In this document: positions 8,908 to 17,655 of the stretch, in pieces
Layout of the letters: the number at the start of each line of letters is the position of its first letter
Numbering within the stretch: the first letter of the stretch is position 1
Position numbers and translations under genes: made by a program
Assembly (NCBI GenBank): GCA_041690105.1
Contig: JAWLHX010000002.1
Location: forward strand, 25,345 to 89,344
Direction: 5' to 3'
DNA: 64,000 nucleotides
Source: Phycisphaerae bacterium
Lineage (GTDB): Bacteria; Planctomycetota; Phycisphaerae; FEN-1346; JAACEH01
The notes under the pieces: model-generated
What the model saw: only the letters and a program-made list of their open reading frames with translations
Told to the model about the DNA's origin: nothing
Databases searched by the model: none

Positions 8908-10550
8908 TCCACCTCCTCGGCCGGAACCCTGGTGGCCCGGGCGTAAAAATCAAGCAGACTCTGCCGCGGGTAGAGAGCGAACGAATATTCCCGGTCGCGC
9001 AGAATCTGGTTGTCGGTCATTTTGTCGCGGATATCCTCGATGGTCCGGCGCGTGGCCTGCGGCTCGTCGATGAGTTGGGCGGCCAAGGCATCGTTGATAT
9101 CGTGCAATTCGTGCCAGGCATCGCGCCGGGCAGCGGGGTCGGCCGATTTATTGCTGACAATCTGGCGCTTGCGGGCAACAAGTTCCTGCACTCGCGGTGA
9201 ATTAAGAAGCTCCGGCGGCATGATTCTATCGGCATTGCAGCGAATGTCGCGTAGTCGCCTGATGAGCCTCTGCCGGTCTTCTTCGCCAACCGGATGCGTC
9301 TGGCCCGGCAGATGCAGCGTGCCGGTGGCCATTACGGCCGCGGGAGGCTCAACGCCATAGTAGCCGCGGATGATCTCGTCGGTCACTTTGTCGTAAATGG
9401 CCCCGCCCACGCCATGAATGAAGACATCGCCCAGTAGCACCCGGGCAAACAGTGTGAGCGACAGGGCCCGGGGGCGGATTTTAATGCCCTGCTGCTTCTC
9501 GGCCTGCTCCAACTGGGCAATAGCCGCCCTGCCCTGGTCGGCCGGCATATCCGGGCCAAGCTCGACAAAAGGCGAATCTTCCTCGTCGATGTAAAGTCGG
9601 CTGCGGCAACCGTCACCTGCTGATGACCGGCCGGCGGTGGCGTCCGTCTGCAACCACAGGCGGCGGCGAGGCTGGCCCGAGCGCCAGACCCAGAACGGCA
9701 GCTCCAGCCGGTCTCCACTGCTGACCAGGTTGGGCAAGGGCTGGGCCGGGTTCTTCTCGTGATGCACCTGGCGGAAGGTATCAAGGGCCTGATTGTAGGT
9801 CTGGTGGAATCGCTCGGCCTGGCAGATGATGTCCAGCACAAAGGCGCGATAATTATCGGTGCGGGCCAGGTTACTGACCAGGGCCTCCAGGTTATCCAGC
9901 CCAACCTCCCGCTCCAGCACGTGACGGGCGCAGGTAACGGTGCGGGCATAGTGGCAGCGGACGCGGGCGGCATCGATGCGCCGCCAATATTCGTCGGCGG
10001 CCTGGCAAAGCTCCTCGACCACGCCAAGGCGGCGCAGTTCGTCGGGCACCCTGTCGCCAATCATGCTCTCGGACAGTTCTTCGTAAGCAAGCCCGGCGGG
10101 GGCCTGCAGGTAGGTCGCCTCGACCCTGACGGCCCGTCCCTTTGCGGTACGCACCGGGGCCCTGATAGCCGTCTGGTGCGGCTGGTCGTTATCCACGTTG
10201 AGGTTTACCGAGACTCCGCGGACGGCGTGGGCCAGGTGGCCGGCCAGAAAGTTCTTCAGCCAGACGCCCGGATGGTACAACTCGGGCTGATGGCCCGTGA
10301 GGATGAGCGGCCGCGAGGCATCGAGACTGAAACTGCTGAGGCAGCTTTGCAGTGTGCAGTTGTAAGGGATGAGCAGCAGATTGCTGCGGGCTTCGGCCCT
10401 GAATTCCTGCACCGGTCGGCCAAGAATCTGGAAATCGTACGATGCCAGCAGGCGGCGATTTTCGCGGACGAGGGCCGGAAGATCGGTCGGATCGGGAATG
10501 ATAAGCCATGTTTCGTCGTCGCGCGGAACGCGGTAATTGGCCCTTTTCAT
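8904..10550 (-). CDS. Conserved hypothetical protein, distantly BshC-like (548 aa)
   Basis: LTGHQPELYHPGVWLKN, NVDND, FIHGVGGAIYD, C-terminal coiled coil and DREYSF; ATGA overlaps at both ends. ORF is secure, family is tentative. Confidence 0.7.
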   Translation of the reverse strand: MKRANYRVPRDDETWLIIPDPTDLPALVRENRRLLASYDFQILGRPVQEFRAEARSNLLLIPYNCTLQSCLSSFSLDASRPLILTGHQPELYHPGVWLKNFLAGHLAHAVRGVSVNLNVDNDQPHQTAIRAPVRTAKGRAVRVEATYLQAPAGLAYEELSESMIGDRVPDELRRLGVVEELCQAADEYWRRIDAARVRCHYARTVTCARHVLEREVGLDNLEALVSNLARTDNYRAFVLDIICQAERFHQTYNQALDTFRQVHHEKNPAQPLPNLVSSGDRLELPFWVWRSGQPRRRLWLQTDATAGRSSAGDGCRSRLYIDEEDSPFVELGPDMPADQGRAAIAQLEQAEKQQGIKIRPRALSLTLFARVLLGDVFIHGVGGAIYDKVTDEIIRGYYGVEPPAAVMATGTLHLPGQTHPVGEEDRQRLIRRLRDIRCNADRIMPPELLNSPRVQELVARKRQIVSNKSADPAARRDAWHELHDINDALAAQLIDEPQATRRTIEDIRDKMTDNQILRDREYSFALYPRQSLLDFYARATRVPAEEVE

Positions 10551-11299
10551 CGGCAGCGACACTCCGCCCGCAGTCCATCGCAACGGGCCTGAACCGATTC
10601 GCCCAGTTCGCGTTCGATGGTATCCAGATAATAGCGTAAACGCCGCTCGCTGTCGTCAAGCTGACCGCCGAAGGTGCGGTTCGGGTCGACGTAAATCAGT
10701 TTTATGGGCAACTCCACAACTCGCAGCCCCGCCCGCCAGGCCTGAATCCATACCTGCAGCGGGATGGCATAACCGGTATCGGTTATCTGCAGTTTGCGCA
10801 GCGAGTCGACCCTGTAGGCCTTGAAGCCGCAGAAGGTGTCGCTGAGGTCGTAGCCGGTGATGTCGCGCAACAGGCAGGTAATCTGGCAGTTGATCCAGCG
10901 CCGGTCGTTGGGGGCGCTGCCAGGCTCGCGCAGCGAGTGCTCCTTGTAACGCGTGCCACTGATAATATCGGCGGCATCGTCTTCGGCCAGGCGTTGGAAG
11001 TCCGCGATGGCGGCCGGTTCGTGCTGCTCGTCGGCATCAAGGGTTATCAGCCAGTCGTAGTTGCCGCTCATGGCATGATTAAAAATGTCGATAATGCTGG
11101 CGCCGTAGCCCTGGTTCTGCTCGTGCTGATGGACGACAATATCGTCGCGGGCGGCCAGTCGCTCGGTCGTGCCATCAGTTGAGCCATCGTTTACCACGAA
11201 GATGTCTTCGCCGTAGCGGCGGACCTCGTCGAGCACGTTGTCGATGTAGTCCACCTCGTTGAAGACTGGAATTCCGATGAGAAGTTTCATATTCTGCAA
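10547..11299 (-). CDS. Glycosyltransferase family 2 (DPM1-like)
   Basis: IPVFNE, VNDGSTDGT, NQGYGAS, TLDADEQH, DTFCGFKAY; GGAGG RBS before TTG. Confidence 0.92.
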   Translation of the reverse strand: MQNMKLLIGIPVFNEVDYIDNVLDEVRRYGEDIFVVNDGSTDGTTERLAARDDIVVHQHEQNQGYGASIIDIFNHAMSGNYDWLITLDADEQHEPAAIADFQRLAEDDAADIISGTRYKEHSLREPGSAPNDRRWINCQITCLLRDITGYDLSDTFCGFKAYRVDSLRKLQITDTGYAIPLQVWIQAWRAGLRVVELPIKLIYVDPNRTFGGQLDDSERRLRYYLDTIERELGESVQARCDGLRAECRCR

Positions 11300-11539
11300 G
11301 TTGCCTCCGTCTGGTTGTCGAAAGTCTCATGTTAGAGCCATGGTCGATTCAAGTCAACAATTGGCAGCTTTTCGGTCGCCGAAAGAACAGTGTACTGATA
11401 TGATGCAACGGAACGAAGCAGGCCCTCGACAATGCCTGTCGAGTAGACGGTGAGGCTGTTTTCCGGATTGTAAACGGCCAGTTGCGTCCGTCGGCAATTA
11501 CCATTTCTGAATTTCGCGCTGAGTGAGGAGACACCTGGA

Positions 11540-12526
11540 GTGACCACACCATCACCCGAACGTTACGAGACCATGACCTACAATCGCTGCGGGCGCAGCG
11601 GACTTAAGCTTCCAGCTATTTCGCTGGGCCTGTGGCACAACTTTGGCGGAGTCGACTCGCTGGAGAACTCGCGGGAGATGATGCTGCGGGCATTCGACCT
11701 GGGCATCACCCACTTTGACCTGGCCAACAACTACGGCCCGCCGCCGGGGGCCGCCGAAAAGACGTTCGGCCGGGTGCTGAAGGAGAATCTGTCGGCCTGG
11801 CGGGACGAGCTGATTATTTCCACCAAGGCCGGCTACCGCATGTGGCCCGGTCCGTATGGCGATTGGGGCTCGCGCAAATACCTGGTGGCCAGCCTGGACC
11901 AGAGCCTGAGCCGCATGGGGCTGGACTACGTCGACATTTTCTATCATCATCGCAGCGATCCCGAGACGCCGATGGAAGAGACGATGGCGGCGCTGGATCA
12001 TATCGTCCGCAGCGGCAAGGCCCTGTACGTTGGCGTGTCGTCCTATTCGGCCGAGCAGACGAAGCAGGCCGCCGCTTTGCTGCGCAAGCTGGGCACGCCC
12101 TGCCTCATTCATCAGCCATCGTACAGCATAATGAACCGCTGGATTGAAGATGGCCTGCTGGACGTGCTGGACCAGGAAGGCATTGGCTGCATTGTTTTCT
12201 CGTCGCTGGCCCAGGGCTTGCTGACCGACCGTTACCTCGGCGGAATTCCGAGTGATTCGCGGGCCGCCAAGCCGCACGGGTTCCTCAAGGCTGAGACTAT
12301 TACCGATGACAAGCTGGCCAAGGTGCGCAGACTGAACGAGATTGCCGGCGGGCGCAACCAGACCTTGGCCCAGATGGCCGTGGCCTGGACCTTGCGGCGC
12401 TCGACGGTTACCTCGGCCGTTATCGGAGCCAGCAAAGTGTCGCAGATTGAGGACTTGGTGGGATGCCTGGCAAACCGGGAATTCTCGGCCGAAGAGCTTA
12501 AAGCCATCGATGCCGCCGTGGCTTGA
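11540..12526 (+). CDS. yghZ: Aldo/keto reductase, L-glyceraldehyde-3-phosphate reductase (YghZ/Gpr type)
   Basis: YNRCGRSGLKLPAISLGLWHNFG, ITHFDLANNYGPPPG, STKAGY.MWPGPYGDWGSRKYL. Confidence 0.92.
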   Translation: MTTPSPERYETMTYNRCGRSGLKLPAISLGLWHNFGGVDSLENSREMMLRAFDLGITHFDLANNYGPPPGAAEKTFGRVLKENLSAWRDELIISTKAGYRMWPGPYGDWGSRKYLVASLDQSLSRMGLDYVDIFYHHRSDPETPMEETMAALDHIVRSGKALYVGVSSYSAEQTKQAAALLRKLGTPCLIHQPSYSIMNRWIEDGLLDVLDQEGIGCIVFSSLAQGLLTDRYLGGIPSDSRAAKPHGFLKAETITDDKLAKVRRLNEIAGGRNQTLAQMAVAWTLRRSTVTSAVIGASKVSQIEDLVGCLANREFSAEELKAIDAAVA

Positions 12527-12568
12527 TTGAGAAATGGCAAAGGCAGAAACAAAGACAACAGCAACGAC

Positions 12569-12848
12569 ATCCCCCGGCAGTGCCGGGGGCTTCAAAAGCA
12601 ACGGCTTCCGTCGTTACCCTTCTCCCTTGACGGGAGAAGGTGGCCCGCAGGGCCGGATGAGGGTGAGCTTTGGCCGCGTAGAAGGGCGAGGGGTTTTCCG
12701 CGCTCCGACACCCCCACCTGTCTCCGGCATGCGCCGGAGACATCCTCCCCCGCAAGCGGGAGAGGGGTTAGAAGCAACAGCAAAACGGCTTAACATGGCC
12801 GCAGCGCGTTGGCCGTTGTTGTTGAAGCCCCCGGCACTGCCGGGGGAT
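12569..12848. repeat. Nested REP cluster: outer 27-bp inverted pair (12569-12595 / 12822-12848) enclosing the inverted B+A doublet (12617-12769)
   Basis: atcccccggcagtgccgggggcttcaa and its exact reverse complement; inner arms identical to those at 7734-8005; lies between convergent genes. Confidence 0.9.
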
Positions 12849-12884
12849 ACGAGCGGCGATAACTATGCGCACCGATCTCGATAA

Positions 12885-14129
12885 TCAGCGCCAGCCCAAT
12901 GCTTCGGCCATTTCGGATACTATGGCGAAGTAGGCCATGGTGTGACAGGTGCTGCTCATGGGCAGAATTCGCACGCTGTAGCCGGGCACGTCGACCGAGG
13001 CGTCGGCCGGCCGCCAGGGCAGGTCGAGCCAGATGAAGTTATCGTGATCGGGCAACGTTGCCGGGCGGCCATAGGGCGAGGAATGAATCAGCCTGACGCC
13101 CTTCTTCAGCAACTGAGCGATGGGCTTCGGATCGACCGGGGCATAGCCCATGTGCAGTACGACGTCGCCTGCCTTCAGGTTGTCGGGCACAGCCTTTTTG
13201 AGGTCGCTGAAGGAGCGGCCCCACTCGATCGGGTAATTTTCGTCGTCGCCGATTTCCAGGATTTCCGGATAGCTGTGGCCGACCGCCACGCACCAGATGC
13301 GGCGACCTGATTTGCGGGCCTCGGCCATCCATGCCCCGGCCGTGGAGAGCAGCGGCAACTGCGACTGCAGCGTCCGCAGGTGGCCTTCGGCGATATCCAG
13401 AAACGAGCCGCCGGCATAACCCGGTGCCAGCGGCGGAATGTAAACGTCGCGATGGAAGAAGGGCACGTACCACGGCTCGCGCAGGTTGTTGTGCTCCATG
13501 AAGCTGGTGTTGCGTACCAGGGCCCCTTCGAGCCAGACGCTCATGTACATCGCGGGCATGCGTCCGGCCCGGGTGCAGGCCCCGATCATTTCGCCGGCCG
13601 CCATCCAGCCACGGACAAACTGGTCGAAGTGCCGCAAGTCGGCCAGCGGTTTGCGATTCTCCAGCGAGTACAATCCTTCATCGGCAGACGCTCCGCCAGT
13701 CAGAGCGGCAATGCCCTTAAGGTCGGAGGAATCGAGCGACTGCAGCTCTTCGGCGCTGCCATTGATAAACACCTGGGCCTTGCTGCGCAGCAGTTGCCGC
13801 AAGTTGGCGTCTTCCCGCGGCTGCCAGCCGCGCGGGTGTGGCAGGGCGACGTAGGCCACATCGTTTGCCTTCGACGGCTTGACGCCCGGCAAGCGGGTCA
13901 GGCCCATGAATCCGCCGCTGCGGCCGCCGAACTCGCTGGGCCAGAAGCGTGCCACCCGGGGCACGAAAAAGCGCCCGCCATCGAGCATCGGCTGAGCCAT
14001 TTTTTCGCCCATCTCGATCAGGCCGGGCATGTCGCTGCGAATTACCTTGATACGGTTTTCGATAAGCTTCAGATAGCGTCCGGACGGACAGCGGGCGGCC
14101 GCCGGAGACGACTTCGTGCGCTTGCTCAT
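12885..14129 (-). CDS. Hypothetical protein with two tandem SIS-like domains
   Basis: Both halves align by eye with the adjacent SIS protein (SEFGGRSGGF vs EMFFRAGGF; PADASVDVPG..ILPMSS vs PYGDADYTVEG..IAPTST). Confidence 0.7.
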   Translation of the reverse strand: MSKRTKSSPAAARCPSGRYLKLIENRIKVIRSDMPGLIEMGEKMAQPMLDGGRFFVPRVARFWPSEFGGRSGGFMGLTRLPGVKPSKANDVAYVALPHPRGWQPREDANLRQLLRSKAQVFINGSAEELQSLDSSDLKGIAALTGGASADEGLYSLENRKPLADLRHFDQFVRGWMAAGEMIGACTRAGRMPAMYMSVWLEGALVRNTSFMEHNNLREPWYVPFFHRDVYIPPLAPGYAGGSFLDIAEGHLRTLQSQLPLLSTAGAWMAEARKSGRRIWCVAVGHSYPEILEIGDDENYPIEWGRSFSDLKKAVPDNLKAGDVVLHMGYAPVDPKPIAQLLKKGVRLIHSSPYGRPATLPDHDNFIWLDLPWRPADASVDVPGYSVRILPMSSTCHTMAYFAIVSEMAEALGWR

Positions 14130-14203
14130 GGTTGGAATGTCTTTCCGTTGTATGCTGGTTTTCTTTCTGATCGGCAATTGCGACGGCGGCAATGGCCGAA
14201 TGG

Positions 14204-14965
14204 TTACAGGTCCTTGACTCTGCCGTCATAGCGCTTGATGAGTTTGGCGTTAAACTCGTCGCCGCCCGGAAGGTTGGCGCTGCGGAAAATGGGCGGCTCC
14301 AGTCCGCGCTCGAGCATAACGGCCACGGCCTCGATGACCATGCGATGGGCAATGTAGGCGTCCACCTGAGTGGAGGTCGGAGCAATTGGCACCTCGAAAC
14401 CTTCCACGGTGTAATCGGCGTCGCCATAGGGATTTTCGTCGTCGATGCACAGATCGGCGTAATCGAACAGGTGCTTCTTGTTCGGGTGGCGGATGTGATG
14501 ATCCTGCGGCAACTTGCTGCGCCAATCGTTGGATGAGACGGCGATGATTTTGGCCCCGCGTTTTTTGGCTTCTTCGGCTGCGTCGATGGTGGTCGGATTC
14601 ATGCCGATGTTGTGGAAGATGATCAGCAGGTCGCCCTCGCCCACGCCATAATAACGGATAAGGCAATTGGCGTAACCGGTGGTGCGTTCCACCTCAAGGT
14701 ACTTGAGGGCCTGGCAGTAGGGGCTGATGTCGTGTCCCATGATGGGGTTGACGTGGGCGAAGCCGCCGGCCCGGAAGAACATTTCGCAGATCATCAGGCA
14801 GGTGTGGCCGCCACCGGCATAAACGTGCAGCAACCGGTCCTGGGCATAATTTTCGGCAATCATTTCGCCAGCTTTGCGGAAGTTCTCGGCCTGCTTTGCT
14901 TCGACCGACTTGACCTTGGCCTGGACGTTTGCCAGATATGCCTGTCCGCGCTCTTTGCTGCCCAT
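14204..14965 (-). CDS. SIS (sugar isomerase) domain protein
   Basis: GGHT..CEMFFRAGG, AKKRGAKIIAVSS, RHPNKKHLFD.AD, PPIFRSANLPGGD. Confidence 0.85.
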   Translation of the reverse strand: MGSKERGQAYLANVQAKVKSVEAKQAENFRKAGEMIAENYAQDRLLHVYAGGGHTCLMICEMFFRAGGFAHVNPIMGHDISPYCQALKYLEVERTTGYANCLIRYYGVGEGDLLIIFHNIGMNPTTIDAAEEAKKRGAKIIAVSSNDWRSKLPQDHHIRHPNKKHLFDYADLCIDDENPYGDADYTVEGFEVPIAPTSTQVDAYIAHRMVIEAVAVMLERGLEPPIFRSANLPGGDEFNAKLIKRYDGRVKDL

Positions 14966-15219
14966 CGTGTCGATTCCTTTCGGTTGAAGTGGTGCGTCGA
15001 AATGCTGACTCTTACCATCCTCGTGACAAATCGTCCGGCGAAGCTGCCCATCCGCAATAGCCGCTGTGGCCGCAGCGGAGTGCTGCCGGGTTCGATCAAT
15101 GGCGGCCGACTATACCGCCCCGCCCTGTCGGACGCAAGGCCATGACAGCCGGAAAAAGATGAATTCTGCCGATATGCCACCAACTTTTTTGCAATCGCCC
15201 GACGCAACCGGGTCGGATG

Positions 15220-16617
15220 TTAATTGCCCTGGGGCGGCCACTCGGGGTTCACCTCCGGCAGGCGAGCGCCGACATCGTGTTGCCATTGCCGCAAAAGGCC
15301 CTGCAAGTGTTTGAGCCGGTCGGGCTGGCTGCCGCTCAGGTCGTGCGCTTCGCCGATATCGTTACGCAAGTCGTAAAGCTCGAACCTTTCGTCCTCGAAA
15401 AACTGGATCAGCTTCCAATCGCCGGCCCGCACGGCGGCAGCGGGGCTGCCTCCCTGGTTGCCATAATGCGGATAGTGCCAGAAGATGGCCTCCCGGTCGA
15501 ACGTGCCATGACCGGTCAGCAGAGGCATCAGGCTCTGCCCGTCAACGTGCTGCGCCGGCCGTAGCGACAGGCCCGCGGCTTCGAGCAAGGTGGGGTAGAA
15601 GTCGGTGCTGGTGACGGGCACGTCGCAGCTGCTGCCGGGTTGCACGTGTCCATTCCAGCAGACAATGAGCGGCTCGCGCGTTCCGCCATCGTACATCCAG
15701 CCCTTGCCTTCGGCCAGCGGAGCATTGCAGGTAGGCGAGCCTTCGGCTGTGGCCAGCCCGCCATTATCGCTGGTGAAAATGATGAGCGTGTTGTCAAGCT
15801 GGCCGGTCTGCTCCAGGGTCTCGATGACGCGGCCGATGTTCCAGTCCAGGTTCTCGACCATGGCGGCATAGACCGGGTCGCTCTGCAGCAGGCGACGCTT
15901 GATGCGCAGGTGCCGCTTGTGCTCGGTGGGGAAATGGTCGCCTTCTTCAAAGGCTGGCAACTCGTCCAGCCCCATGGCCTTTGCCTTGGCCTGGTACTTT
16001 TCGACCAGGTGCTGCGGGGCCTGGATGGGCGTGTGCACGGCGTAGTGCGACAGGTGCAGGAAGAAGGGGCGGCTGGCATCGTGATGGCGGATTAACTGCA
16101 TGGCCTCGTCGGTCAGGCGGTCGGTCAGGTACTCGCCTTCGGGGCCTTCGCTCAGGTTGCAGAGTTTGTACGGGCTGAAGTAGCCGTGCATGGGGCGGCC
16201 CCAGTCGCATCCGCCAATGTTGACGTCGAAGCCGTGGTGCTCGGGCCAGTATTGCTCCGGACCCAGGTGCCATTTGCCGACGTGCCAGGTGGAGTAGCCG
16301 CCATCGCGCAGTGCGGTGGCCAGCGACACCTCCTGAAGATCGAGATGCCTGACGTAAGGTGCGTCGATGAGTTTGCCGCGGGCATTGCCGCCAATCCAGT
16401 TGGTCAGGCCGAGGCGGGCCGGGTATTTGCCGGTGAGGATGCTGGCCCGCGTGGGCGAACAGACCGGGCAGGCGGCATAGGCATCGGAAAACTGCATGCC
16501 GCGGGCCGCCAGGCGGTCGATGTTCGGCGTCTCGTAGAAGCCGCTGCCGTAACACGAGACGTCGCGCCAGCCCATATCGTCAATCAGAATGAAAAGAATA
16601 TTGGGCGGCCTGTTCAT
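15220..16617 (-). CDS. Formylglycine-dependent sulfatase (no signal peptide)
   Basis: PNILFILIDDMG, CSPTRASILTG, GKWHLG, FTSDNGG, KGWMYDGG.R.P. Confidence 0.95.
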   Translation of the reverse strand: MNRPPNILFILIDDMGWRDVSCYGSGFYETPNIDRLAARGMQFSDAYAACPVCSPTRASILTGKYPARLGLTNWIGGNARGKLIDAPYVRHLDLQEVSLATALRDGGYSTWHVGKWHLGPEQYWPEHHGFDVNIGGCDWGRPMHGYFSPYKLCNLSEGPEGEYLTDRLTDEAMQLIRHHDASRPFFLHLSHYAVHTPIQAPQHLVEKYQAKAKAMGLDELPAFEEGDHFPTEHKRHLRIKRRLLQSDPVYAAMVENLDWNIGRVIETLEQTGQLDNTLIIFTSDNGGLATAEGSPTCNAPLAEGKGWMYDGGTREPLIVCWNGHVQPGSSCDVPVTSTDFYPTLLEAAGLSLRPAQHVDGQSLMPLLTGHGTFDREAIFWHYPHYGNQGGSPAAAVRAGDWKLIQFFEDERFELYDLRNDIGEAHDLSGSQPDRLKHLQGLLRQWQHDVGARLPEVNPEWPPQGN

Positions 16618-17652
16618 CTATGGCTCCTGTTCTCCGTGGACAAGTGCGCCATTGAGGGCCAGGCGGCAATAGTCGCAACTTTCGCATATTCGGCCGCAAC
16701 TGCTTGTCTTCTGGAACCAGTCGGTGGGCAGGCGGCGGCTATCGATTACAATGGGGGCCAGGGCCGGCCCGTAGCCCGGCTCCATCAGGTCGAGCAGATT
16801 GCCTCGGTACTGCCCGCGGGCATAGGCGTCGATGACCAGCCGCGGATTGGCGTGCATGCGGGTGGCCAGCTTCATCATGCCCACCAGGGGCTCGTAATGC
16901 CCGACATCCTCGGGCCTGATCCAGGTGGCCTGCATTATCATCGGCCAATTGTTGGGGTCTTTCAGCAATCGCCAGCAGGCGGTTGGAGTCCAGTCAGGAA
17001 TGTTGCGGGTTTCGTCGACATCGCGCTCGTGGGCCACCAGGTTATCGTGGAAGGTCTGGCTGCTGCAGAAGGCCAGGCAGCCACTGTTGGCCAGCAGATG
17101 AATGGCTTTGCCGGCCTTGTCGGCCCAAGTTTTCAGGCGGCGCAGCACGGTGAGGTCGCGATTGTAATCGCGCTGCACGTAGAAGCTGTCGAAGAGGTCG
17201 GCCAGTTGCGACATGCCGGCAACGGTGCCGATGCGCATGTTGACGGAGGCCCGCAGGTGCAGTTGCGGAATGTGCTGCCTGATGATGTGGGCCACAGCCG
17301 GCGAGGCGGTGGTCACAACATCGGCCCCGCCGACGGTTTCGGCCAGGTGGTCGAGCACCGAGAGGACCTGGTTCTGCAGGTGCTCACTGACACCCAGGCC
17401 GCCATGGCAGTTGGCATTAAAGAGCAGGTTCAGCTTCAGTCCCATGCGGCGCAGGGCGAGCAGGTCGGCCTCCAGGCGTTGCTGGGTCGACCAGTCGGTG
17501 TAGCCGCGCGTGGTGCTGATGTCGGCCCGCCCGGAGGCCATTCCGACCCACGGAAAGTAGACCTCTTCAACCTGCTGGCGATAGTCGGCCACAAGGTCGG
17601 CAAAGGGCTGCTGGTCGGGCTCGGGAAGCTGGTAACCAATGCTGAACTTCAT
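16618..17652 (-). CDS. U32-family Fe-S protein
   Basis: SGR, LFNANC, LANSGCLAFC..H, TAC, WIRPED, KLATR, GNLLDL and C-terminal CxxxCxxCxxC. Confidence 0.75.
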   Translation of the reverse strand: MKFSIGYQLPEPDQQPFADLVADYRQQVEEVYFPWVGMASGRADISTTRGYTDWSTQQRLEADLLALRRMGLKLNLLFNANCHGGLGVSEHLQNQVLSVLDHLAETVGGADVVTTASPAVAHIIRQHIPQLHLRASVNMRIGTVAGMSQLADLFDSFYVQRDYNRDLTVLRRLKTWADKAGKAIHLLANSGCLAFCSSQTFHDNLVAHERDVDETRNIPDWTPTACWRLLKDPNNWPMIMQATWIRPEDVGHYEPLVGMMKLATRMHANPRLVIDAYARGQYRGNLLDLMEPGYGPALAPIVIDSRRLPTDWFQKTSSCGRICESCDYCRLALNGALVHGEQEP

Positions 17653-17655
17653 GGC

